Source: a virus
Length of the DNA: 64,000 nt
IMG/VR virus record: IMGVR_UViG_3300025769_000006
Direction: 5' to 3' (one strand)
Below are positions 38,112 through 46,923 of the stretch, piece after piece. The position numbers and the translations under genes are program-made. How positions within the stretch are numbered: the first letter of the stretch is position 1; each line of letters starts with the position of its first letter. The notes under the pieces were generated by a model. That model was not told the DNA's origin and searched no databases. It was given only the letters and a program-made list of their open reading frames with translations.

Positions 38112-38570
38112 TTATCCTTTTAATCCAAATTCAAGTCCTTTGTCAACTTTCATTTTTAAAGCGTGAATCTTTTTAAGCATGATAGGATCTCCTTTCATCA
38201 TAGCTGGATCATTAGCATCACCCATTGCGTTATAAGCTCCAGACATGTCTTTAATGTCGTCTGAATCAGCTAAGTTTTTTATAGGCATTGTTTTGCCGTC
38301 TACTTCCATTGTTGTTGCATCTGGATTTTTCTTTAATGTTTCAGCTTTTATAAAGCCTAAGTTTTTAGGAGCGTGATCCATTTTGGCAGCTGGTTCTCCG
38401 TACATTTTAGCGACGCAATGTTTTTTAGCCGGATGACTATGCTTGTCATGCTCACTGTTTTCTAAATAATGTAGTCTAGCGTTTGCAGTAAGATCTTTGT
38501 TATAAGCTTCTCTAGCATCATATTTTTGCCCCGAAGAATATCTCGGGTGATTTCCTGAATAATTTCCCAT
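38112..38570 (-). CDS. hypothetical basic protein (152 aa)
   Basis: ORF track entry with a CAAAA-rich leader. Confidence 0.45.
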   Translation of the reverse strand: MGNYSGNHPRYSSGQKYDAREAYNKDLTANARLHYLENSEHDKHSHPAKKHCVAKMYGEPAAKMDHAPKNLGFIKAETLKKNPDATTMEVDGKTMPIKNLADSDDIKDMSGAYNAMGDANDPAMMKGDPIMLKKIHALKMKVDKGLEFGLKG

Positions 38571-38595
38571 TTTGTTTATGTTTTGTTTTGTATTG

Positions 38596-38940
38596 TTATT
38601 GTTTGAGTTTTTCTACTGCGTTTTTTGCAATACCAAATAACCCACCAGTTGCAGCGTCTGCAAGTTTAAATTTATTTTTATTTACAAATTTTTTAGCAGT
38701 GCTAGCAAAATCGCTTACTTTTTCTCCAAAAGTTTTTGGTATTGTATTATCATATTTCCAGTCTAATTTGTCGTAAACATCTCTTCTACCTTTACTTCCT
38801 GGAGGATTGTTTGTTAACATTTGACTTTTAATAGCGTCTACACCTCTTTTTTGTAGATCGCTTGATGATACTTGTATTGAAGACCCATCGTCTTGCAATA
38901 TATTTTTTTTGTCGTGATTATTTTTAATTGGTGATGGCAT
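38596..38940 (-). CDS. SPIK-box basic protein (114 aa from internal start)
   Basis: In-frame ATG 38940 gives MPSPIKNN.. and removes the 89-nt overlap with the upstream gene. Confidence 0.45.
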   Translation of the reverse strand: MPSPIKNNHDKKNILQDDGSSIQVSSSDLQKRGVDAIKSQMLTNNPPGSKGRRDVYDKLDWKYDNTIPKTFGEKVSDFASTAKKFVNKNKFKLADAATGGLFGIAKNAVEKLKQ

Positions 38941-38950
38941 AATTTTTATT

Positions 38951-39256
38951 TTAACATTTCCAGCGTCTACGCGCTGCTTTACCTCTTTCGCCCGTCCAAC
39001 CTTTGGATCTAGCGCAGAATGATTTTCTTCTTTTAGCATCTTTGCTGCCAGGTTTTACTTTACCTGTCACAGCTGTTTTAAGTTTACTACCAGGGTTTTT
39101 CTTTCTATATTCTTTAACGCCTTTTTCTGTCATACCAGCGCCTTCTTTAGTAGTTCTAAAATTTCTACCTTTACCCTTAGTAGTTTTTCTTGGCTCGTTT
39201 TTATGTAACGGTGATTCTATTGATGATGATTCTTTTATTCTTTTTAACCAAGTCAT
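38951..39256 (-). CDS. basic protein with SPLHK box (101 aa from internal start)
   Basis: In-frame ATG 39256 lies 1 nt after the upstream stop. The C-terminus is RRKSFCARSKGW. Confidence 0.4.
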   Translation of the reverse strand: MTWLKRIKESSSIESPLHKNEPRKTTKGKGRNFRTTKEGAGMTEKGVKEYRKKNPGSKLKTAVTGKVKPGSKDAKRRKSFCARSKGWTGERGKAARRRWKC

Positions 39257-39257
39257 A

Positions 39258-39629
39258 TTATTCTCCGCATTTTTTTGATGGATCATCAACTCTTCTCCAG
39301 TCTTCTTTTTCAAACCAGTCACGTAATGTAGCTCCTTTTTTACGAGCGCCTTTTACATTAGTCTTTGATGATCTTTTATATTTACCTTTAGCACCAGCGG
39401 CTTTTTTAGAGTTAACTAGCTTTTGTCTTTGCTCTTTACTCATGCTTCTTATTTTAGAAGCTGGTAAACAAGTTTTAGTTGTACCGCCACCTTTTTGTTT
39501 TTTCTTTTTAACTGGCGAGTTTTTTTTACAACTGCCTTTACTATACGGATCTTTACCTTCTACTGCAGAATAACCAGACCAACATCTTTTTAAGACAGGT
39601 GAATTAAAAGGTTGCTTATATCCTTGCAT
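39258..39629 (-). CDS. basic protein with SPVLKRCWS and SPVK boxes
   Basis: ORF track entry; NSPVLKRCWSGY parallels SPIKHCWSS of 37100..37567. Confidence 0.45.
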   Translation of the reverse strand: MQGYKQPFNSPVLKRCWSGYSAVEGKDPYSKGSCKKNSPVKKKKQKGGGTTKTCLPASKIRSMSKEQRQKLVNSKKAAGAKGKYKRSSKTNVKGARKKGATLRDWFEKEDWRRVDDPSKKCGE

Positions 39630-39784
39630 TATTTTTTCTTTTTACCACCAAATTTACTAGGACCTCCAGCTTTTGTGCAACGCACTCCCCAGCCAGAAGC
39701 ATAAGCGCTTGGCCATACTTTAAATTTTCTTTTAGCAGCAGATTTACAAGCTGAACTTATTTTCTTTATTGGTGAAATTGGCAT
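39629..39784 (-). CDS. SPIK-box microprotein (51 aa), not in ORF track
   Basis: ATG 39784 to TAA 39629-39631: MPISPIKKISSACKSAAKRKFKVWPSAYASGWGVRCTKAGGPSKFGGKKKK. There are TAATG overlaps at both ends. Confidence 0.5.
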   Translation of the reverse strand: MPISPIKKISSACKSAAKRKFKVWPSAYASGWGVRCTKAGGPSKFGGKKKK

Positions 39785-39990
39785 TATCCTAGTTTTGCTC
39801 TTTTAGTAATTGGCATACCAGCTCCACACTCACATGGTGCTTTTGAAACTTCAAGTCCATATATACCACTGCTTGATCCTTTACCCATTGGGAAACCTGT
39901 TTTGTCTAGAGGTCCGTCCCATATAGCGTTTTCACCAATTTGGCCGTCTAATTTTGGGTTACTTTTTATTTTTTCAATATCGTGATTCAT
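39784..39990 (-). CDS. hypothetical protein (68 aa)
   Basis: ORF track entry. Confidence 0.4.
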   Translation of the reverse strand: MNHDIEKIKSNPKLDGQIGENAIWDGPLDKTGFPMGKGSSSGIYGLEVSKAPCECGAGMPITKRAKLG

Positions 39991-39995
39991 AATTT

Positions 39996-41096
39996 TTAGT
40001 TTTTACCTTTAAATATATTAATAGATCTTAAGAAATTACCAACACCAGTACCTTGACCTGTTTGTCTGTCTTGCCAGTTATCTCTTCTTCTTGTTATTCT
40101 AGCTGCCTTGTTTAGTTGCCCTTTGTCTTTAGCATCTTTAATTCTACTTTCGAAAGTTTGTTTATCTCTTTTAAAAGTTCCCCAAAAAGGGTCTTTGTAT
40201 GGGTTTGTTACTTTAATATCTAAATTTTTATCTAAAAAAGAATAACCGCTATTATTATTGTCATTTCCACCTGTGTTTATATTTACATTTGTTCCAGGAG
40301 ATGTTGATGAAGTTCCTTTAGGGTTAGAATAACTACCACTAGTATTGCCACCAGTGTTTCTTGTTGGTAAACCCGGTAAAGATAAACTTGATCCAGTCTT
40401 ACCAGTATCTCTCATATAATTAGTTTTACCACTCATATCTGATTCACCAAGAGACATAGTGTTTTTTAATTGATCAACTGCACTATAAACTTTAGATGGA
40501 TCAATATTAGTTTTTAGAGCTACTGGGCTAGGTCTATTCACAGATGCCGTTCGCTCTGCTAGATCACCATAAATATTACTAGCAGCATTTATAGCTCCCA
40601 TTGAAAAAGTATTACCTTGAGGTTGTTGTGCCATAGCATTATTAGCCATTCCAAATTGGGGATTGTTGTTTGTGTTATTTGTATTCATAGTTTCATTTGA
40701 AATTACTGGTTGACCTGCTGTTCCGTATGTTTGTAATTGTTGTTGTTGGTCTTGATATCTTTTTTTATTTTGAAATTTTAAATAATCCATACCTTGTTTG
40801 TCTCTGTCAGAAACATATCTATCATCATATCTTAAATTATCAGGCAATTGCCAACTTTCATAAGCACCAACAATATTATCACCCATGCCATTAGCCCAAA
40901 CTTGTTTTTCAACAGGTTTTTCCATATCGCCAGTTCCTTTACCTATGGCTTTTAAATAAGATTCTTTTTGCCACCATGGAGTACCATCATTGAAACCACC
41001 TGGCTCAAAAGAAGCTTTTGTTCTAGCCTCGTTTGTGTCAACGTAGTTTTGTAGGTTCTCATTTCTGGAGTAAAGTCTGTTAGATTTAAAACTCAT
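39996..41096 (-). CDS. N/Q/G/S/T-rich low-complexity virion protein
   Basis: In-frame ATG 41096 (MSFKSNRLYS) avoids overlap with 41098..41544. Long N/Q/T/G tracts are present. Confidence 0.45.
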   Translation of the reverse strand: MSFKSNRLYSRNENLQNYVDTNEARTKASFEPGGFNDGTPWWQKESYLKAIGKGTGDMEKPVEKQVWANGMGDNIVGAYESWQLPDNLRYDDRYVSDRDKQGMDYLKFQNKKRYQDQQQQLQTYGTAGQPVISNETMNTNNTNNNPQFGMANNAMAQQPQGNTFSMGAINAASNIYGDLAERTASVNRPSPVALKTNIDPSKVYSAVDQLKNTMSLGESDMSGKTNYMRDTGKTGSSLSLPGLPTRNTGGNTSGSYSNPKGTSSTSPGTNVNINTGGNDNNNSGYSFLDKNLDIKVTNPYKDPFWGTFKRDKQTFESRIKDAKDKGQLNKAARITRRRDNWQDRQTGQGTGVGNFLRSINIFKGKN

Positions 41097-41097
41097 T

Positions 41098-41544
41098 TTA
41101 TCTATTTTTATCTTTATTAACATCGTATATAGACCTTGTTAAAACTTTATCTATATAACTGTTACCTTTTATGATGTTGTTTCTTCTTTTGCTAGTAGGT
41201 ATATCTTCTTCCCCTAACATTATTTTATATATCCTAATTATAAGTTGTTTAAATTTAAAAGAAACTTTATATATATTATATTTTTGTGTTGTTCTGTTTC
41301 TATGCCTCCAAACAACTATCCAGTTTTCTTTTATTAATTTATTCCACCTTCTGTTGTTCCAACTGTAAGAATATGTACCTTTTATAAAATCTTTTTTTGT
41401 AAAATAATTTACGGCGTCTAGATATATTAAAAGTTCTAATTCAGCGTCAGTTAAGCCGTTGTTTTTGCAAGCCCATTTGCGTATTATACGGTAATGTTTT
41501 AACAGATTCAATTCTTTAATATCTTCTGCGTCTAGCTTTCTCAT
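41098..41544 (-). CDS. hypothetical protein (148 aa)
   Basis: ORF track entry. Confidence 0.4.
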   Translation of the reverse strand: MRKLDAEDIKELNLLKHYRIIRKWACKNNGLTDAELELLIYLDAVNYFTKKDFIKGTYSYSWNNRRWNKLIKENWIVVWRHRNRTTQKYNIYKVSFKFKQLIIRIYKIMLGEEDIPTSKRRNNIIKGNSYIDKVLTRSIYDVNKDKNR

Positions 41545-41801
41545 ACAACAACGACCACGTCTTGTGACTTTATAACGTGATATATATTTTTTTCAAACTC
41601 TATTTTATGACCAGCGTGTCTATCAAAAAATATTTCATCATTTTCTTTAACACCATCAACTTCATTTCCAACTGATATTACTAGTGCTCTTCTGTATCTT
41701 AAATCATTTTTTTGATTTTCAGAAAGAAGTAAACCACCTTTTGTTTCTGTAGTTCCTTCTTTTTTGACTAATATTATTAAGTTTCTACCTATTGCTTTCA
41801 T
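41541..41801 (-). CDS. groES: co-chaperonin GroES-like (Cpn10)
   Basis: At 86 aa: LIILVKKEGTTETKGGLLLSE (mobile-loop pattern) ..ALVISVGNEV..NDEIFF..IYHVIKSQDVVVVV. Confidence 0.75.
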   Translation of the reverse strand: MKAIGRNLIILVKKEGTTETKGGLLLSENQKNDLRYRRALVISVGNEVDGVKENDEIFFDRHAGHKIEFEKNIYHVIKSQDVVVVV

Positions 41802-43341
41802 TTATTCTAACGTTATTTATTACACAATTAGTAGAAAGTATAGTAGTTGCTACAGAAGCCGCATTTTTTAATGCACTTTTAGTAACTAATAGTGGATCTA
41901 TAATTCCACTTTTAATCATATTAACCATTTTTCCTGTAACCACGTCGTAACCTTGACCCTTTTTATAAGGATAATCTAAGTTATCAACACCTGCATTAGA
42001 AAGAATAGTTCTATAAGGTGCGGTTATAGCACTTAACAACAGTCGTTCGCCTAATGAATAAGCTTTAACTTTTTGAGAAGCGTTTAGAAGCGCAATACCA
42101 CCACCTGGAACAATACCTTCTTTAACAGCGGCTTTTGTAGCACAGATAGCGTCTTCCACTCTATCCATTTTTTCTTTAAGTTCTATTTCAGAATTAGCTC
42201 CAACTTTTACTACAGATATCCTAGATGAAAGCATTGCTAATCTTTTTTCTAAACTTATTACTTGATCAGGTATTTTACAAGTTATAAGCTTTTTTTCTAT
42301 ATCTTTGATTATCTCAGCACATTCATGGCTTTGCTCTTTAAACTGTAATATAGTATCTGTTTGGCTGGTTATAGACTTAAAACATGTACCTAGATGATCT
42401 ATTTCTATTAAATCCATATCATCACCTAAATCTTCGTTTATTAACGTCGCTCCTGTTAGCAAAGAAAGATCATCAAACATTTGTTTTCTATTTACACCTA
42501 ACACAGGTGCATCTATAACATTAACTTTTATATTTCCTTTTGTTTTATTCATTGCTAATGCTGATAAAACCTCAGGACTTAAATCTGCTATTATTAAAAG
42601 TGATTTATTGTTTTTTATAACATATTCTAAAACACTTTGTATCTGTCTTATGTTTTCAACATTATTTTCTACTAATAAAACAAGAGGGTTGTTTAACTCT
42701 GCAGTCTTTTTAATTTTATTAGTAACAAAATGAGGACTTGTTAGACCTTTAAAATATTGAGAACCTTCTATTGTTTCTATTTCTGTTTTACCAGAATCAG
42801 ATTGTTCCATTATAACTACACCTGTATTTTTTACATTTTCAAATGCTTTACCTATTAACTCTCCTAACTCTTTATCATTGTTTGTTGATATAGTAGCTAT
42901 TTGTTTTATCATTTCATCTTTAACAGGTAAAGATATTTTATTTAAATAATCAACAACTCTATTAACAGATTTATTTATATCTTCTTTTAGCTCTCTTACA
43001 CTAAGTTCTGATTTAACTTTATTTGCTTCATAAAGTATTGAGTGAGCTAAAACAGTAGCTGTGGTAGTGCCATCACCCGCTTCTTTAACAGTTTTTTTTG
43101 CGGCTTGTTTTAACAAGTTGCAACCTAAATTTTCTACCGGATCTATTAACACTACGCTTTCAGCAACTGTTACACCATCTTTTGTTATTGTTGGATTTCC
43201 ATATTGATCTTCTAGCAAAACACAGCTACCACCAGCGCCGAGCGTTGAACTAACCGCGTTTGCTAACTTGTCAATACCATTAAAAACTTTATTCCTAGCA
43301 TCGTCTCCAAAACTAAGATTTTTAACTATCTTGTCTGACAT
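41785..43341 (-). CDS. groEL: group I chaperonin GroEL-like
   Basis: ITKDGVTVA, EAGDGTTTATVLA (ATP site) and VPGGGIALL are present. At 518 aa it has no GGM tail. Confidence 0.9.
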   Translation of the reverse strand: MSDKIVKNLSFGDDARNKVFNGIDKLANAVSSTLGAGGSCVLLEDQYGNPTITKDGVTVAESVVLIDPVENLGCNLLKQAAKKTVKEAGDGTTTATVLAHSILYEANKVKSELSVRELKEDINKSVNRVVDYLNKISLPVKDEMIKQIATISTNNDKELGELIGKAFENVKNTGVVIMEQSDSGKTEIETIEGSQYFKGLTSPHFVTNKIKKTAELNNPLVLLVENNVENIRQIQSVLEYVIKNNKSLLIIADLSPEVLSALAMNKTKGNIKVNVIDAPVLGVNRKQMFDDLSLLTGATLINEDLGDDMDLIEIDHLGTCFKSITSQTDTILQFKEQSHECAEIIKDIEKKLITCKIPDQVISLEKRLAMLSSRISVVKVGANSEIELKEKMDRVEDAICATKAAVKEGIVPGGGIALLNASQKVKAYSLGERLLLSAITAPYRTILSNAGVDNLDYPYKKGQGYDVVTGKMVNMIKSGIIDPLLVTKSALKNAASVATTILSTNCVINNVRINESNR

Positions 43342-43366
43342 TTTATTTAATTAAATTATATTTATT

Positions 43367-43687
43367 TTATTTAAAAGTTTTAATTACTTTTGGTCCTTTT
43401 AAAAACTCTATTTTTTTTGAATAATGATCAACAGATCCATCTATAGCAGCTTCAGCTCCTTCTATAGTTTCTCTTCTAGTTACATCATGCCACTTTTCAC
43501 AGCAAGTGTCTTTTTCTGGATTACAATCACATTCAACATCTTTGTATTCTGTTTGATAAAATCCATTTGGTAGTTGAACAATTCTCCAGTTTTTCTTTTT
43601 AGCTAAATGCTTCCAAAGTTTTATTTGGTTTTCGGATGCTTGTGGTTGACTACTCCACGTATTAGTCTTGTAATAAAAATACGTCAT
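43367..43687 (-). CDS. hypothetical Cys-containing protein (106 aa)
   Basis: ORF track entry. Confidence 0.4.
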   Translation of the reverse strand: MTYFYYKTNTWSSQPQASENQIKLWKHLAKKKNWRIVQLPNGFYQTEYKDVECDCNPEKDTCCEKWHDVTRRETIEGAEAAIDGSVDHYSKKIEFLKGPKVIKTFK

Positions 43688-43743
43688 TGGTATTGGTTTT
43701 AATTATTATTTGGTTGTTACTCTTTCCCGAGTAGGGTATATCT

Positions 43744-43756
43744 ATATTATTACTTG
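43744..43756 (-). promoter_or_regulatory. late-type box CAAGTAATAATAT
   Basis: Located in the intergenic region upstream of 43687. Confidence 0.3.
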
Positions 43757-43769
43757 TTTTTAGTAATTT

Positions 43770-44315
43770 TTACTTATCTGGGTTGAATCTATATGTTGCG
43801 TCTCCTATTGCTATTTCTAGTTGATTGGTTTTCCCGTTAAATGTTATAGACTTTATGTTATCTAAATGACTGTTTCCATTAGTACCGTTTTTTCCGTCAG
43901 CTCCTGCTGGCCCTTGTGGCCCTGTGGCACCTGTTGCACCTGTTGCACCTGTTGCACCAGTATCTCCTTTTGGTCCTTGAGGTCCAGTGCTACCCGTATC
44001 TCCTTTTTCACCTTTAGAAGCAGCGCTTGAAGAGTCTTTACCAAAAGCGTCTTTTACAAACGCATGCAACTCTTCTAGATCTTGCCTCATGTTTTCTATT
44101 TCTTTTAAAAGATATATTGATTTAGAATAATTATCGTGATCATTTAAAAGTTCTGTTATATCTGACACTGCTGATATTTCTGAGGCTACTTCAGATGGAA
44201 CAACAATTTCTCCATTAGAATCTTTATAAGCTCTAGCAGTATCTCCGCTTTTATAAAGTTTTTTAGTTCTTATATTATCGTTTATATTAGCCATATTACG
44301 TAATATTATATTCAA
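43770..44315 (-). CDS. collagen-like (G-X-Y) repeat protein, tail-fibre component
   Basis: [46 protein letters not shown] is encoded at ~43874-44011. Confidence 0.65.
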   Translation of the reverse strand: MNIILRNMANINDNIRTKKLYKSGDTARAYKDSNGEIVVPSEVASEISAVSDITELLNDHDNYSKSIYLLKEIENMRQDLEELHAFVKDAFGKDSSSAASKGEKGDTGSTGPQGPKGDTGATGATGATGATGPQGPAGADGKNGTNGNSHLDNIKSITFNGKTNQLEIAIGDATYRFNPDK

Positions 44316-46902
44316 TTATTATAGTTATAGCAATACCGCCCATTGTTTTACTCGCGGTACCGAAAGCATCTGTTGTTTGATACAAAATACCTATTAAATC
44401 TCCGGCGCTAAAAGTGAAATCACTATTACCAAAATCACGATATGCAGTCATACTAGTTGTCGCGGAATTAGCCACAGTAGCAGCATATACTGTTCCAGAC
44501 AAAGTACCATTTATTTCTTTCTTAAAATTAACACCTGTTGCAGTTGGAGTACTACCTCCAGAGTGTCTTAAATACACTTTTTTAATTCTGCCATCGTAAG
44601 CAGCAGTCATTCTATTATAATATTCAGCAGTAGCCGCTGTACTTGTTGAATTATATGGAATGTAATAATAATTAGTAGATTCTAATTTTTCAACAGCTAT
44701 AGTAGCAACAGTTTGTTTAAGATAACCTTTATAGGCATCTGTAGTTGCTGATGCTTTTATACTTCCATTAACTTCTAGCTTTTCGCTTGGAGATTGATCA
44801 CCTATACCTACATTACCACTTGTTGCTATAGACATTACGGTTCCAACGCCCACAATAAAGTTTAATTGCTTTGTTGCATTAGTCAAGCCCTTAGACTGTA
44901 TTACATTAGCAGTGTTACCAGCTAACAAGGATAAACTTCCTTGAGATCCACTGGTTGTTCTTTCTACCCAAACACCTGCGTTACTACCACCAGCAACATG
45001 TAATTTATAGTTAGGCGTGTTTGTTCCAATACCAACAGTACCACTTTGTCTTACTATTAAAGCGTTTGATCTTGATGATGTGCTAGTTCCATTACCTACT
45101 GAAAACAAACAATCATAACCAAAATCATTAAATTTACCAACTGTAAATTGATTAGAAGATAAAGCTGAAGTAGCGTTTGTTGGTGTTACTGTTCCTTCTC
45201 CAAATGCAAACTGATTATCTCCATTACTAGCTGTTGCTCCAGAGCCATAAGCAATACCAAATTCACTAAAGTTTTGAGATTCTTTACCACCAGTAAAACT
45301 CCAATTAGCACCAGAAGCTTGATTGTTTTGGCCAACTAGCAAAGACCAATTAGCACTGCCTGGACAAGTGTTGTTTCCGCCTCCTACTACCATTCCTTCG
45401 TTGCTAGCTAAATCATTTGTAGCGCCGCCAACTAAATTAGCAGCTCCATTAACTGTATGCTCAAAACCTCCAACTAAGTTTTCAGTTCCAGCAATATCGT
45501 GTAATCTTCCAAACCCTGCGCTATGACCTCCAGTAATATCAACATCGGCGCCAAAAGCAAAAGCATTTGGAGCGCCAGCTAAAGTAGTAGGGCCGCCACC
45601 CGCAAAACTAGAAGCACCTGAAGCTGTAGTTTGATTTCCTATTGCAAAACTTTCTTCACCTGAAGCCGTTGTTTCAAATCCAAATGCAGCTGATTCACCA
45701 CCACTAGCTGTACTACCTCCACCAGAAGCAAATGAATTACCACCAGAAGCAGTTGTTAATGCGCCAATAGAAAAAGATGCTCCGCCGCTAGCTAAAGTGT
45801 CATAACCAAAAGCGGCTGAGATATCACCAGTGGCTTCAGTTAAATGACCTGCTGCAAAAGATCTTTGTCCAGAAGGTGTATTTCCATCATTAGCAGCAAA
45901 AGCATAATCATTAGTACCTATAGTGTGATTTTCTCCACAATAAAAACTTTTTGTAGATGTAGCTGTAGCAACTGTGGCACCTTTATTTACAATGCTAAAA
46001 TATCTATTAGCATGGTCATAGTAAAGACCATTTTCTCCATATGTAACTGTATCATCTGTAAATATAATTCTAGAATATCCTCCACCTGTACCGTCTGTAA
46101 AAATATTAATATCAGAAGCCGGCGGATTCCCAGAAAGTTCAGATGATGCTTTGCTTTGAACTCTTAGCACTTCAGAATCTGGAGCCGTAAAAGAAGCAGT
46201 TATACCTCCTTTCATTAGATGCAAAAGCTGTTTAGGGCTGGAGGTATTAATTCCAACCCTATTGTTTGGCTCATCTACATAAACAGTATTTGAAGCTATT
46301 GTGTTTCCATCACCAATCCATATTCTACCGGTTGGCAGGTTAGGCACGTCGTTTGATCTCAATATTGCTGAAACAACAATGTTACCATCTGATGACGTAC
46401 TAACTCTACCTACTTGGCCTACGTTTTGTATTAAATTAGTAGATCCAGTTGGTTTAGTTAAAGTAAGTCCTCCACCTGGCTTTACGTATATAGTATCGTT
46501 TTCTGTAGGTGTTGCACCGTCTATTGGTGAAGTTATTAAGTTTTTAAGTTTACCATTTACAGTTGCAGTACCTTCTCCGTTGTTGGCCAGGTCTTGAGTG
46601 AGTAAACCAACACAAGGCATTTTAGCTGAGTTGCTGGCATTAGCCAAAGCAACCTCTAGTCTATCACTAGCGCCAACGCTACCTACTATATATACTGGGT
46701 CACCTTTAGATAAAGCCGATCCGTGTACATTTTTAACAAGTATTTCAGTTCTTTCCGCCGAACCAGAGTTCAATGTTGATTGGTCTACAAAGCTAAGCTG
46801 CCCTGCCCCGTCTGTTGTTATTATCTGATTTGCGGTACCATCTGCGCTAGGCAGTGTGTACTCGTCATTAACCGTTACATTGTTTAAAAATCTTATTGAC
46901 AT
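44296..46902 (-). CDS. tail fibre/spike protein with Hep_Hag-like (trimeric adhesin head) repeats
   Basis: Repeated units: [82 protein letters not shown]. Confidence 0.6.
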   Translation of the reverse strand: MSIRFLNNVTVNDEYTLPSADGTANQIITTDGAGQLSFVDQSTLNSGSAERTEILVKNVHGSALSKGDPVYIVGSVGASDRLEVALANASNSAKMPCVGLLTQDLANNGEGTATVNGKLKNLITSPIDGATPTENDTIYVKPGGGLTLTKPTGSTNLIQNVGQVGRVSTSSDGNIVVSAILRSNDVPNLPTGRIWIGDGNTIASNTVYVDEPNNRVGINTSSPKQLLHLMKGGITASFTAPDSEVLRVQSKASSELSGNPPASDINIFTDGTGGGYSRIIFTDDTVTYGENGLYYDHANRYFSIVNKGATVATATSTKSFYCGENHTIGTNDYAFAANDGNTPSGQRSFAAGHLTEATGDISAAFGYDTLASGGASFSIGALTTASGGNSFASGGGSTASGGESAAFGFETTASGEESFAIGNQTTASGASSFAGGGPTTLAGAPNAFAFGADVDITGGHSAGFGRLHDIAGTENLVGGFEHTVNGAANLVGGATNDLASNEGMVVGGGNNTCPGSANWSLLVGQNNQASGANWSFTGGKESQNFSEFGIAYGSGATASNGDNQFAFGEGTVTPTNATSALSSNQFTVGKFNDFGYDCLFSVGNGTSTSSRSNALIVRQSGTVGIGTNTPNYKLHVAGGSNAGVWVERTTSGSQGSLSLLAGNTANVIQSKGLTNATKQLNFIVGVGTVMSIATSGNVGIGDQSPSEKLEVNGSIKASATTDAYKGYLKQTVATIAVEKLESTNYYYIPYNSTSTAATAEYYNRMTAAYDGRIKKVYLRHSGGSTPTATGVNFKKEINGTLSGTVYAATVANSATTSMTAYRDFGNSDFTFSAGDLIGILYQTTDAFGTASKTMGGIAITIIIEYNIT

Positions 46903-46923
46903 TTAATTTAATTTAATTTATTA

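Noticed and set aside
43862-44044. 60-aa alternative frame over the collagen-like tract
   Set aside because: A repeat-driven open frame (VQQVQQVQQ). The G-X-Y frame is the biologically coherent one.
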